Position numbers and translations under genes: made by a program
In this document: piece after piece, positions 26,810-39,699 of the stretch
How the letters are laid out: each line of letters starts with the position of its first letter
How positions within the stretch are numbered: the first letter of the stretch is position 1
Assembly (NCBI GenBank): GCA_024679065.1
Contig: JAGIQG010000009.1
Coordinates: forward strand, 93,062,001-93,126,000
Length of the DNA stretch: 64,000 bases
Reading direction: 5' to 3'
From: Sphyrna mokarran
Lineage: Eukaryota
The notes under the pieces: model-generated
The model's input: only the letters and a program-made list of their open reading frames with translations
Told to the model about the DNA's origin: nothing
The model's database searches: none

Positions 26810-29800
26810 AGGGCAAGACCTACCAGTGATAAGCCACGGTGACTGAATACCCAGTTCTGAGTCCGTCCCTGTCGCTCAGAATGGAAGGGAGGAGAGCAGG
26901 AGAACAATAGTTATTGGGGATTTGATAGTTAACAGATAGGAGGTTCTGAGACAGAGAAAGAGACTCATGGATAATATGTTGCATCCCGGGTGCCAGGGTT
27001 CGTGACACCTCTGAACATGTATTCAGGATCCTTAAAGGAGAGGGGGAGCAATCACAAGTCGTGATACACATCAGTACCAAGGACATAGTTAAGAGAAGGG
27101 GCGTGGATTTAAAACAGGAATTTAGGGAGCTAGGATGGAAGCTGAGAGTCAGGACAAACCATGTTTTCATCTCTGGCTTGTTGCGGTTTGCCACATGCTA
27201 GCGAGTTGAAGAACAAGGAGAGAGTACAGATAAACACGTGGCTGCAAGGATGGTGTAGGGTAAACAAGTGGCTGCAAGGATGGTGTAGGAAGAAGGGTTT
27301 CGATTATATGGATATCTGGAGCACATGGGATTCTCTTGGAAGTGTATAGATAGATGATGATATTGATATACTTGTTTTTATCCTACAGATGCTTTGGTCC
27401 ACCTTGTTTTCTAACATGGGACATACACGCGATGGGTCGTGAGAGGGCTGCTCTTGGATTTTTTTCGAGAGTATCCTACTGCTTCACGTTGTTAGTGTAC
27501 ACTTGACTTAGACCATTTGATGGGCAACACGACAGCTCAGTGACTATCGCTGTGCTGTGCAGATACATGGATTTGGGCCTGTGTCTGTGGGAGTTTGCGC
27601 ATTCTCCCCGTGCTTGCGTGGGTTTTCTCCGGGTGCTCCTGTTTCCTCTCATATCCCAAAGATGTACTCTCAGGCTAATTGGCAAAACAAATTCTCCCTA
27701 AATTGTCTCAAATTTGGTTTTTAATCCATAGATCTATAAAAATAGACTGGGATCACGGGTAGAGGTGGGAACATCCGGGTGGCGGCGCGGGCTTGTTGGG
27801 CCGAAGGGCCTGTTTCCCGTGCTGTTTTGTCCTTTGATCTTTGTCCTTTTGTACTTTATTCTGAGGAAGGGGGAATCCGTACAACCAGGACAGATTACGC
27901 CTGAACCAGAGGGGCAACAATATCCTAGGCGGTAAATTTGCTATGGCTCTTCAGCCGGGCGGGGGGAGGGTGATGGTGGGTGCGTGGGGGTTGAGCGATT
28001 AAACTAATTTGTCAGGCGGATGGGAAAATAGTGTAGTCCAGAAGCCAGTGTTGCGTGTAATGAAGTACGGAAGAGAGTATTAAGGTCAGAGGAGTATACC
28101 AGCAGACAGGAAGATGAGTTGAAGTGTACTTACTTCAATGCAAGGAGCATCCGGAATAAGGAAGGTGAACCTGGAGCTTGGATTGGTTCTTGGGACTACG
28201 ATGCTGTGCCCATTACCGAGACCTAGTTAGAACAGGGACAGGAATGGTTGTTGGATGTTCTGGGGTATAGATGTTTCAGTAAAGTAAGGAGGGTGGTAAA
28301 AGAGATGGAGAAGTAACATTGTTAATCAAGGATAGTGTAACGGCTGCTGAAAAGCAGTTCACGGTGGATCTACTACTGACGAATATGGGCTCAAGATAGA
28401 AAAAAGGAAAATAGCGGTCACGTGTTTAGGAGTTTTCTGCCGGACCCAAAGAGTAGTAGAGATGTGCATGAGCAAATTGCAAAGCAGAATATGGATAGAT
28501 GTGGGTGTCCCTGGATAGTTGTTATGCGGGACTTTAATTTCCCAAATATTGATTGGAGCCTTTATAAGTTGAATAGATCTAATGGGGCAGTTTTTATACA
28601 CTCTGTGCAGGAGGGTTTCCTGACACAATATCCGGATAGCCCGAAAAGAGGTGGAGTCACATTGGATTTAGTACTCAGTAATGAACTGGGCCATATGCTC
28701 GATGTGATTGTGGAAGAGCACTTTGGGTATCACAATTCAGTGTCGTTCACTATTCACTCGTTCACAAGCAAAGGAGTAGGGCCGTATGGCAGGGCAAAGT
28801 TTATAATTGGGGAAGGGGTAATTATGATGCAATTAGGCAAGAGTTAGGGAGCATAAGATGGGAATAGAAACTGTCAGTGAAAGGCATAAATGAAAAGTGA
28901 AGCTTGTTCAAGGATCAAATATTACTTCCACCTGATAGGTGTGCCTCTGTCAGGCAGGGAGGAAATGGCCAAGTAAGGGAAACATGGTTCACAAAAGAGG
29001 TTAAATGTCATGAGGAAAAGGAAGCATATGTAAGGATGAGAAAACAAGGTTCGTTTGGGTTTCTTGAGAGGCAAATGGTAGCAACTAAATAAAAAAGTTT
29101 AGAAGAGATAGGAAAGGGTATGAGAAATGCTTGGCAGTTTGGATCAAGAAAAACCCCAAGACTTTTTACTCGTATGAGAGAAATAAAAGAATGACCAGGA
29201 TAAGGTTAAGGCCAGTCAACGATAGTAATGGGAACTTGTGCATGGAGTCAGGAGAGATACGAGAGACAATTATTGAATACTTCTGATCTATGTCTATAAA
29301 GGAGAGGGGCAAGTTTTTGAGGATACAAGTGTGATATAGGCTGATAGGCTAGAGAAGGTAGGTGTTTTGAGGAAAAATATATTAGCAATTTTGAAAAACC
29401 TGAAGATCGATAAGTCCCCTGGGCCAGATGGGATATATCTTAGAATTCTTTGGGAGGCAAGGGGTGAGATTGCAGAGTCTATGGCTTTGATCTTTGGGTC
29501 CTCATGAATAATGACAGAGGACTGGAGAGTGGTTAATTTTACTCCTCTGTTCAAGGAAGGAAATAGGAATCACCCTGGTAGTTATAGCCTGGTTAGTGTT
29601 ACTTTGGTGGTTGGTAAGTTAATGGGAAAGGTCCTGAGGTGTGGGATTTATGACCATTTGGAAAGATGCCGCTTAATCCGGTATAGTCAGCATGGATTTA
29701 TGAAGGTAAGTCTTCCCTCACAAATTTGATTGAATTCTCTGAGGAAGTAAATAAGTGACTAGATGAAGGTAGAGCAGTTGATGTTGTATACATGGATGTT

Positions 29801-30900
29801 AGTAAGTGTTTCATAAGGTTCCCATATTAGACTCATGAGAAATTAAGGAAGTGTGGGATAAACGGAAATTTGGCCGATTGGATAAGTAACTGGCTATCTA
29901 ATAGAAGACATAGTGCTGTAGTGGATGCAAAATTTTCAGACTGGAGTTACCATTGGCATACCACAGTGCTGGTACCTCTGCTATTTGTGATTTTTATCAG
30001 TGAATTGGAGGACGGGGCTGAAGGGTAGGACAGTAAATTTGCTGATCACACCAAGATTGGTGGAGTAGTGGATGAGGTGGAGGGTCGTTGTAGGTTGCAA
30101 AGAGACATTGATATAATGCTGAGCTGGGCCGGAAAGTGGCTAATGGAGTTTCAGCCTGATAAGTGTGAGGTGATTCATTTTGGTAGGACAGATTTGAATA
30201 TGGATTAACGGTCAACAACAGGGTTTGGAGGAATGCGGAGGATAGAGACATTTTGGGGTTGATATCCACAGATCTCTGAATGTTGTCACTCAAGCAGATA
30301 GAGCCGTGTTAACGTTTATTAACAGGGGGTTTGAGTTTAAGAATTGTGAGATATGCTGCAACTGTTCAAGACCTTGGTGAGACGACATTTCGAATATTGT
30401 GTGCAGTTATTATAACCTTATTATAGGAAGGAGTGTGCAGAGGAGATTTAACAGGCTGCCGCCTCGTTTGGAAGTTAGGTCTTGAGAGGAAAGGTTGAGG
30501 AAGCTGGGACTTTTCTCTTTAGAGTGGAGGAGGAAGAGAGGTGACTTAATAGAGGGTTATAAGATGATGAGGGGAATAGCTAGAGTGGACGTTCAGAGAC
30601 AATTTCCTCAGGTAGATGCAGTTGTACTATGGGGTGTTAATATAAGCTTCATGGTGGGAGATATAGGTAGGATGTCCGGGGTAGGTTCTTTACCCAGAGA
30701 GTGGTTGGGGTGCGGAATGGACTGCCTGCTATGCTAGTGAAGCCAGATACTTGAGGAACTTTTGAGCGAGTTTTGGATAGACACATGGAGCAGACCCAGA
30801 ATGATGGTGAGTGGAATAGCGTGATATTGGTTTCGGACAAAGCTCGGCACAATATCGAGGGACGAAGGGTCTGTACTGTGCTATACTGTCCTATGTTCTA
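26810..30900 (+). mobile_element. Near full-length CR1 LINE (ORF1 esterase + ORF2 APE/RT), frameshifted
   Basis: IPGARVRD..ILKGEGEQSQVVIHIST (ORF1), LKCTYFNARSIRNK (APE start), DFNFPNIDW, TLDLVLSNE, KSPGPDGIY, EDWRVVNFTPLFKEG, KFADHTKIGG; tail tgtcctatgttcta at ~30900. Confidence 0.92.
27521..27858 (+). mobile_element. V-domain SINE with atypical head, inserted in CR1 ORF1
   Basis: V-domain gagtttgcgcattctccccgtgcttgcgtgggttttctccgggtgctcc, CR1-like 3' end ttgggccgaagggcctgttt and (tctttg)n tail. Confidence 0.8.
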
Positions 30901-33900
30901 CGTTTAAACAATTGCCAAATTGGGACATTGCAAGAGCTGGCAAACATTCGCATTGAGAAAATGCAGCAAGTACAACCGAAACTAATAGATTATCAGGATT
31001 TCCAACGGCAATATAAATAGAATAACGTCTTCCATCTGAAGGATTAACTAATACCCGATTTCTTGGAAAGCAGTGACTTATAAACGTCTGGAATCCGAGC
31101 ACGATCAGGATATGAGTTGGCACATTGCAAAGAGTCCTGATGAATGAGATAAACTTCTCAATCAATTTATTTCACCAGTACCTGGATTTAAACCCAAGCG
31201 GTCTAAACTGCAAGTCTACAGAAAGCGAGATTAATATGACACAATTTCTAAAGTATTTTTGGCGTTGCGCCATAAAGTTTCTCGTTTGATGGTTCCAGCC
31301 TTACACTTTTCTTTCTGATCAAAAACCTTTCATTTAAAGCAATCTTTCCACGATGTTGTTTGGATTTCAGTACGAAACATAAACATTGATGATGATACAA
31401 ACCCTTCACCTTGTTTTAAGTTAGATCGTGGTCATGATTTTGCTGAAAATAACAAGATGTCATTTGTTGTATTCTTAGAAAGGGGACACGAGTTTATTTT
31501 GTTGTTGTTTCTTCCTCGAATGATATTTCAAGACTTGGTTGATTGGATGTAAAAAGGCAAATAAAATTTGTCGCACAATTTTTTACCCAACACATCTGAC
31601 CAACAACAATAGCCTGTATACGCAAAGAATGTGATTACATACGATGTGAAATATTGTGCCGATACAGTGAAGAGACAAATGTTGCAAGAGCTGCTTTTCT
31701 CCGAAATATCCCCAGAGTAATAAGAGGAACAGTTCTTTCGCAGTCTGAATCCGCATTATTGATGACATAAACCGTGTACAGAAACACATCTTACAGTATA
31801 TGATTCTCCAGTTGCTCAGTAATACGGAATATATGGAAACACGTAGTACACAACGTTGTGCAACACTGAGGCCATTCACTGCAATAGCTTTTCTTTCAGC
31901 CCCTGCACCTAAATTTGGATTTCTCTCAATGATCGTCAGCCACATATAAATATAATCTCTCATCTGTCGTTTAATATAGAACAACATTTTATAATTAGCT
32001 TCCTGATCTAAAGATTTTCATATTACCCTCCCGATTGGGAAACTTTACTAGCCTTATTTTAACACAAGCCACATTTATGTCCGTTTTCATTTCAGGAGAT
32101 GCAAAATGCAATTCTGTCGCTTTTTGTTGCCTTGCAACATTGACAATTGCCCGAAGACACCAAGGACTGGATGTGTGTAATGTATTCAAGCGTGTCTAAC
32201 TTGGGCAACATCAAGAATCCCCTGTAAAGAGATCTTTCAAATATAAGGCGCGGGCAGGGGAGGCATAGGGGTTAAAAGTCATGCAATTTGACCGAATGCA
32301 CATTTTTCTTAGACATCGAAATATACTTATTTCATCTTAGTTCAAGCTGCACAAGAGAAAAGATGGTTTCCTCAGTAGTTTTCTACATCTAACGATTGGT
32401 AGAAGTCAGAACAAGAATTCACTCGGCACTGCACTAATGATATGGTCAGATATTAAATGAGAACAGAGCATGTCATTATGGATGATTTCAATCTGCATAT
32501 TGATTGAGTCCAGCAAACTGGTAGCAATGCGTTTGAGGATTATTTCATGGAATAAAAAAGGGAAGGTTTTCACCACCAATATTTTGGGGAACCAACTGGA
32601 GAGCAGGCGATCCCAGCCTAGATATTGTGTGACGAGCAAGGAATAATTAGCAAACTTGGATGTAAAATCCTTTGAGGAACAGTGACCATGACATTATCGA
32701 ATTCGTCCTTTAAGTCTGAGACAGGGTCCTACACTTAAAGAACGCTAACTTTCATGGTATGAGACTTGCAGTCACTAGTAAACAGGCAAAGGATACTTAA
32801 AGTGTTGAAAATGGATAGTCAATGTCACATATTAAAAAAATGCATATAGCTAAAATTCAACGAGTAGACATGCCTTGATTGGCATTAGAGTAAATAGTGG
32901 AATTTGTTTCAAACGTGGGCAACAATGGAAATCAGAGATAGTTTTAAAGCCAACGAGGAGGCATATAAAATGGCCAGAAAAAGCAGCAAACCAGGAGACT
33001 CGGGGAAAAAAAATATATCCAGCACAGGAGGATAAAGGGTTTAAATTGGAAGGGAAACGTAGAATGCGAGAATAAGCTTGCATAAAACGTAACTACTGAC
33101 TGTGACAACGTATGTAGATATATGAAAAGAGAAAGAGTAATGAAGATAAATGCAGTTAGAATCAGTTGAATTCATAATGGTCAATGAACGCATGGCAAAC
33201 CAGCCGAACAGATTTTTTGGATTTTGGATTTGTCTCTTCTAAGAAGGATACAAATAACTTGCAGAAATGCGAGAGGCAGAATTTATATCAAGAAGGCTGA
33301 ACTGAAGGAAATCATTTTGAGTCAGAGAATTGTATTAGAGAAATTGCTGGGATTACAAACCAATAAGTCCTGATGCTCTGCATCGAAGCGTACTTAAGGA
33401 AAGGGCCTAGAAATAGTGGATGTCTTGCTGATCGTTTCCCAGTATACTATATTCTCTGGAAGAATTCCAATAATTGCAGGGTAATTAATATGACCCCATT
33501 TTTGAAAAACAAAAGGGAGAGAGCAAATGGGGAATTATAGAACAGCTGGCCTGACATTAGTGGTGGGAAAAATGCTGGAGACAATTTTGAAGGAAGTAAT
33601 AACTGAACATTTGGAATGTGTTGACAGGATCAGCCCAGATCAGCATCAATTCAAAAAATGGAAGTTCTGTTTGACAAATCTTCTGGAATATTTTTGATCA
33701 AATGACCAATCGAGTGGAAAAGTGAACCAGAGTTTTGTGCATGTGGACTTTCAAAAGGGTTTTGGCAAGGTCCCACCAAGTGATCAAAATTTAAGCTCAT
33801 AAATTTGGAATTAATTTATTGACATGATGGGGAACTGGTTAGCTGACATTAAGCAGAGACTGGGAATAAACGGATCCTTTTCAGACTGGCGGGAAGCGAC

Positions 33901-34564
33901 TAGTGGGGAACTATAGATTTCCGTCCATGATTTGTATGAAACAACTGAATTCAAATATCCAAATTTGGAGAATGTACTAATTTGGGAGTTAGAGTCAGTG
34001 TGTGCTGTGGAGAGGATGCACGGACGTTGAAGAGTGACTTGAATAGGCTTGCTGAGTGGACAGTACTTGACAATTGCAATATGATGTGCGTCAATGTGAG
34101 GTATTTTCTGCTGTGTTTGCAAAGATAGGAAGGAAGTTTATTATTTGATTTGTCGAAGTTTAGGAAAATGGGAAGTGCATTGTGAACTAGTGCCATGATG
34201 GAATAGCTGCTGAAGATTGGCAGGCAGCTATAGCATCTGGTGAGGAAAGCTAATGGCACGTTGTCCTTCTTAGCAATGTTAATTGAGTACAGGAGCACAA
34301 TGTCTTGCTACAGTTACACGGGACCTTGGTGAGACCACACCTTGAGTATTCTGTGCAGTTTTGATCTCCTAATCTGAGAAAAACACCTTTGCTATTGAGG
34401 GATTTAAGGAAAGGTTCACCAGGCTTATTCCCGGAATGGCAGAGCTAAATAATAAAGCGAGATTGAATCGGCTGGGCTTGTAGTCACTGGAATTTAGAAG
34501 ACCGATAGGGGATTTCATGGAACACACGAAATGTTGTTGGAACTGGACGGTCTAGAAGAATATA

Positions 34565-35790
34565 CCTGACGATGCGTTAGTAAATTTGCTGATGACAGCA
34601 AGGCTGGTGGAGTAGTGGATGAGAAGGAGGGTTCTTGCAGACTGCAAAGAGACATTGATAAATTGCAGAGCTGGGCCGAAAAGTGGCAGATGGAATTTAA
34701 GTCTGATAAGTGTGAGGTGATTCATTTTGGTAGGACAAATTTGAATGCGGATTACAGGATCAACGACAGGGTTCTGTGGAATGTGGAGGAGCAGAGAGAT
34801 TTTCGGGTTCATATCCACAGATTCCTGAATGTTGCCACTCAAGTGGATAGAGTCGTGAAGAAGGTTTATAGTGCATTAACAGTGGGCTTGTGTTTAACAA
34901 TCATGGGGTCATGGGCTGCAACTAAACAGGACATTGGTGAGACCACATTTGGAATATTGTGTGCAGTTCTGACCACCTTACTATAAGCAGGAAGTGGAAG
35001 CATTGAAGAGAGTGAAGAGAGCATTACGAGGATGCTACCTGTTTTGGAGAGTAAGTCTCATGAGGAAAGAACAAATATCAAAGAACAAAGCAGCACGGGA
35101 AACAGGCCTTTCGGCCCAACGAGCACGCGCCGCCATCCCGATATTCCCACGTCTACCCGTGATCTGTTTCTATGTTTATAGATCTATGGATTGAAATCAA
35201 ATTTGAGACAATTTAGGGAGAATTTGTTCTGCCAATTAGCCTAAGAGCACATTTTTCGGATGTGGGAGGAAACCGGAGCACCCGGAGAAAACCCACGCAA
35301 GCACGAGGAGAATGCGCAAACTCCCACAGACACAGGCACAAATCCATGTATCTGCACAGCACAGCGACAGTCACTGAGGTCGAGAGAGCGGGGGCTGTTC
35401 TCTCCAGAGCAGAGGAGGATGAGAAGTGACTTAATAAGAGTTTATAAGATCATGAGGGGGATAGATAGAGTTGACATTCAGAGACTATTTCCTCGGGTAG
35501 ATGTAGCTGTTGCTAGGGGTATAACTTTCAGGTTCATGATGGGAGATAGACGAGTGATGCCCGAGGTAGATTCTTCATTCAGAGAGTGGTTGGGATGCGG
35601 AATGGAATGCCTGCTCTGATAGTGGAGTCGGGCACTTTAAGAACTTTCAAGCGGTTAGTGGATAAGCACATGGAGCACAGCAGAATGATAGCGAGTGGGG
35701 TACCTTGATCTTGGGTTCGGACATAGATCGGTACAACATCGAGGTCGAAGGGTCTGTACTGTGCTGTATTTTTCTATGTGCTATGTTCCA
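34565..35790 (+). mobile_element. Younger 5'-truncated CR1 nested in the older CR1
   Basis: SKFADD..GVVDEKEGSCRLQRDIDKLQSWAEKWQMEF..KCEVIHFGR; tail ttctatgtgctatgttc. Similar to the 3' part of 26810-30900. Confidence 0.9.
35066..35378 (-). mobile_element. V-domain SINE (same subfamily as 27521-27858) nested in the younger CR1
   Basis: Reverse complement of the 27521 element, including the head ctcagtgactgtcgctgtgctgtgcagatacatggattt and the tctttg tail. Confidence 0.85.
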
Positions 35791-36139
35791 TGTTGGAAAA
35801 GTGTAGAGCTAGTGATCACAGACCAAGAGTAAGAGGTAAGCTGTTGGGAATTGAAATGCAGAAGAACTTCACTCAGAGAATGATGAACCTTTGGCATTCT
35901 CTGACACAGAAAGATACTGGGACCAGTTTATTAGATATATTTAAGAGAGAGATGAACGTGGAAAGTAAAGGGATCAAGGGTATGGAGAGGAAGCGGGAGT
36001 GGGATGCTGAACGTGCATTTCTGAGTTGCATGATCATATTGTATGTTGATGCAGGATGGAAGGGCTGAAAGGCCCCGTCCTGCACCTGTTCTTTTTATGT
36101 TTTTAAGTATATATGTAACAGGACGAATTCAATCGACCC

Positions 36140-36740
36140 AAATGCTACGCTGTCAACCTATTCTCAATCATTACTAAACTGATGGAATGTGTGATCAACG
36201 GTACAATTAAGCAGCAGGTAGATAATAATGCCCTGTTTGAGGAGGCTCAGTTAGGGATTCATCAAGGTCATTCACCACTTGACATCATTGCAGCCATAAT
36301 TTAAACATGAGATAAAGATGAGAAACGTGAAACACAGAAAATAGTAGCAGTCGAAGGTCATTTGACCTCTCTGGAATGCTCCGCCATTTAATATGTTCAT
36401 GGCTGATCATGCAACTCAGGAATCTGATCCCACCTTCACTCCACAACTTTTTTTTAACCCCCTTTGATTCCATGAGTTAAATCTAGCCCTTTTTGTTTGA
36501 AAACATATAACCTTTTTGGATTCATCTGCACGCTGTGACAGTAAATTCCACAAGCAACTACTCTATTGGTGGAAAAAAAAAGTATTCTTCATCTATGTCG
36601 AAAATGTTTTACTCCTTGTACATAGATTGGACTCCAGTTTCTGGATACTCCACCCCAGAATGCAGCTTACCACCAGCTTCAGAAGTGAAAATACGCATGG
36701 GCTATGAATGCTGTTCTTGATAGCGAAACGCATTTCATAA
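36140..36740. mobile_element. L2-group LINE fragments flanking a CR1 3' fragment (-)
   Basis: ctattctcaatcattactaaactgatggaa resembles LLSIISKVME; antisense CR1 tail at ~36330-36660. Confidence 0.55.
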
Positions 36741-39699
36741 ATGAGTTAAAGAAAACTGATGTGTAATAGAATGGAGAGGGGATATCGAAGAGTCATTTTA
36801 AAAGTCAGTTTCATAAACATTCAGCTAACGCTGCTTCAGACTCACAAGCAGCTAAACAATATTTCGTAATAGTATTAATCAATCCATAAGTGATATCCGA
36901 GATATTCTGAAATATGTGTTGGAGAAGGCCAGCTGTACAAAGTCTCTGAACAAAACTGATTGCGTGAGTTGTCTGATTATCAGTCGCAAAAAATAACATT
37001 CCATCACAGTGAAGTCTGTGAATATGGTGTTCTTCCTTTCTCTTGATGATCTTTTCGTGTCCTTAGCCGAAGTACCGAAGTGCAAAACATGCAGCACGGA
37101 CCATAATCAAGTGACAAGATCAGTCTTGGGTCAACAATGCAAATACAGATATAATACATCATATAAAATACCAGATGACCAGAAAATGAGAATACTCAAG
37201 AACTCATTAGTAGGGATGAGTCAAAAGGCAGGACAAAACATGCAGTGAGAAATAGCATCATGTAAAGAGGAACAGTTAATCACAATTTTACAGGCTTATC
37301 AGTAATTCCAACGGCTTCATGAACAAGACATTAAATATGTTTTAGCAGAAATATTAATGTGTACTCCATTTTTTGTAAAATACTGATCTGTCCATTATCA
37401 TAGCAAGAAATCTGAGTTCATGCATCGCATGAACTGATATATAAAGCAATGTATTTCTACTGACATATTTGTACACCTGTTCATTATGTTACTTACACTC
37501 ACATGAACAAATGTGAGTGTAGGTAATAGAATGAGCAGCTGTAAAAAGATGTCAGCAGTTCTGACTCTTATGTAATTAATATGTTGAATAAATAAAGAAT
37601 ATTTCAAATTCGTTACAGGCTTTTGGGAAATCCAGCTGAGCGTTGTATTCAATAGAAGAGTTCCTGCAAGAAAAAAAATGTTTTATTTGCATTGTTTCGC
37701 TAATTGTTCTACCGATTAAATTATAAATTCTTCTACAGTACATATAGAATTCAACAAAAAATTAAGACTGTTTCGTTTCGTATTCACCTTCTTCAAGTTA
37801 GAAATAGTGTATCAGTAATCGTTAAAAATGTCATGGAATACGACAGGCTAATAATGGTATGCCATTGCACAGAAAATAACTAATTGATATTTTTGCCTTT
37901 GTTACTTTAATGTCGATATTGGACGTTTATTTTACGTTGGTTGCTGAGCACAATACATTGTAAACTTTGTTATTGCCTTACTTCATTGTTCTACTTCGGT
38001 CCTGACTGGACGCCAATCTCAATTATCCATCCATGCCAAGTGATTCAAAACCTTATCATCAATTCTCCAATCCCCACAAAATCCCGCTAACAGTTACTGA
38101 CTTGCAATTGGCCTCAACTGAAGCATGGCTTAAATATCGAGCTGTTACCCTTGACTGCAAATCATATCATCGCCTCAGTTTCCCAAGCGAATTTCACCCT
38201 TATGTGTGATACTCGTCTTGTTGGACTGGTTTCCCAGGTCCTCTGAACACCACAGTTTAGAAAGAGGAGAGGAGACATTAATCAAATACATAAAACTCAA
38301 ATAGGGCTGGATAGACCAGACACAGGGAGGAAGCAGGAAATTGAGCCACTATGTATTCAATGTCGGAATAAGCTTGAGGAGTTCCAGTGATTACTCAAAC
38401 TCCTAGTTCTGAAGTTCGTGGGTTCTGGTACATTGCACGACGGAAAATGTGGAAGATGACTTTGTGTGATATAATTTAACGTGGAATTGTCGTTGCACGC
38501 CATCTATTATGGGTTCGGATGAAGTAATGCATTTGTCCAACTGCAAGGAGGTGAAGACAACTGGATGTTAGACGCCGTTATTTGAGCCCGAAAGACACAG
38601 CCATATACCACAATGATCGTTCTTTTTCATTCCCAAAGGACTTTCACCCTGGGATTCATATATTTGAAGGGGCTACTGTCCTATCCACTGATCATTCTTT
38701 CTTTCTATACCTCTCTACCCTATAGCATTTCGTTCTTTGCAGACTATGTTTCTCGTTGAATTCTCGCTCTCTGTGCCCCGATCACATCGCTGATGTCAAC
38801 TACTATATCCATCCATTCATAAATACTGGAAAGAACTGATCATTCCAACGAATATACTACAGCACAAGTTCGACGAGATCATATGAACCAGTATTGATGG
38901 GAGATTTAGAGAATAGGATTAGAAGAAATAATACCATTAGTTTAGGTGCCTATCTAACAATTCATATTCATATAGCAATTTATATCAATGGGGATAAATA
39001 TTATATCATAAATATATATGAATTTACTGTCATACGATCACAGAAGGCATGCATGTAGTCTCCACCATGTTAATCAGAAACACATAATACTAAAAAACAC
39101 AAAACCAATACTAGTTGAGTTAGCCATTTTCCAGACAACAATTTTGTTGGAAAATCTTAACGGTGTGTACAACAACAGGGACAGCTGCTTCTCTTATCTG
39201 TTTTTTGGATACACGAAAACATGTTTAATCATAAGCTTGCTGTTTAAGGGAATAAATTCGTTCATGGATAGCCAGGCTGGCGCAGTCTCCCAGGTACACA
39301 GGATTGTAAGCTCAATGACTCGAGATGAGTTAAAGGAAGATAACATTAATAAGTTACCATGAGAATCGTGTCCATAATATCACGAGCTGAACGATCCAAC
39401 TTACGTAATGCCTTCTTCATTGAATGTGTGACTAATGTATGTAATCTGTAATCAATATTATTGGATAAGATCCAGCCGTGATGGGCTATGAAAAATTTAT
39501 AAGAATTGATGTTTTTCCTTTGTTCGTTGGAGAAAGGCACTAAGCAGAAGTCATCTCTCTGCCGGTGAAAACAAACTCTTTGATGCCAAGACCCTGAGCG
39601 CTAAGAAATTTCTCTGAGATTTTCTCCTGCTAACAACGAGGAATATAAATATTTCATTCGAACCTACCAGGCTATATAAGAAAATATGAGTTGATCTAA

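Larger units (their letters stand above)
32400..36100 (+). mobile_element. Old CR1 ORF2 (32400-34564 and 35790-36100) split by a younger CR1
   Basis: Decayed APE/RT motifs and LVRPHLEYSVQF at ~34325; the 3' region resumes with tgttggaaaagtgtagagctagtgatcacag after the insert. Confidence 0.8.

Noticed and set aside
31583-31987. 134-aa minus-strand ORF as a third receptor or an NLR exon
   Set aside because: No GPCR or NACHT motif that I can support; resemblance is too weak.
39018-39540. Opposing short ORFs in unique AT-rich DNA
   Set aside because: No motif, splice support or paralog.
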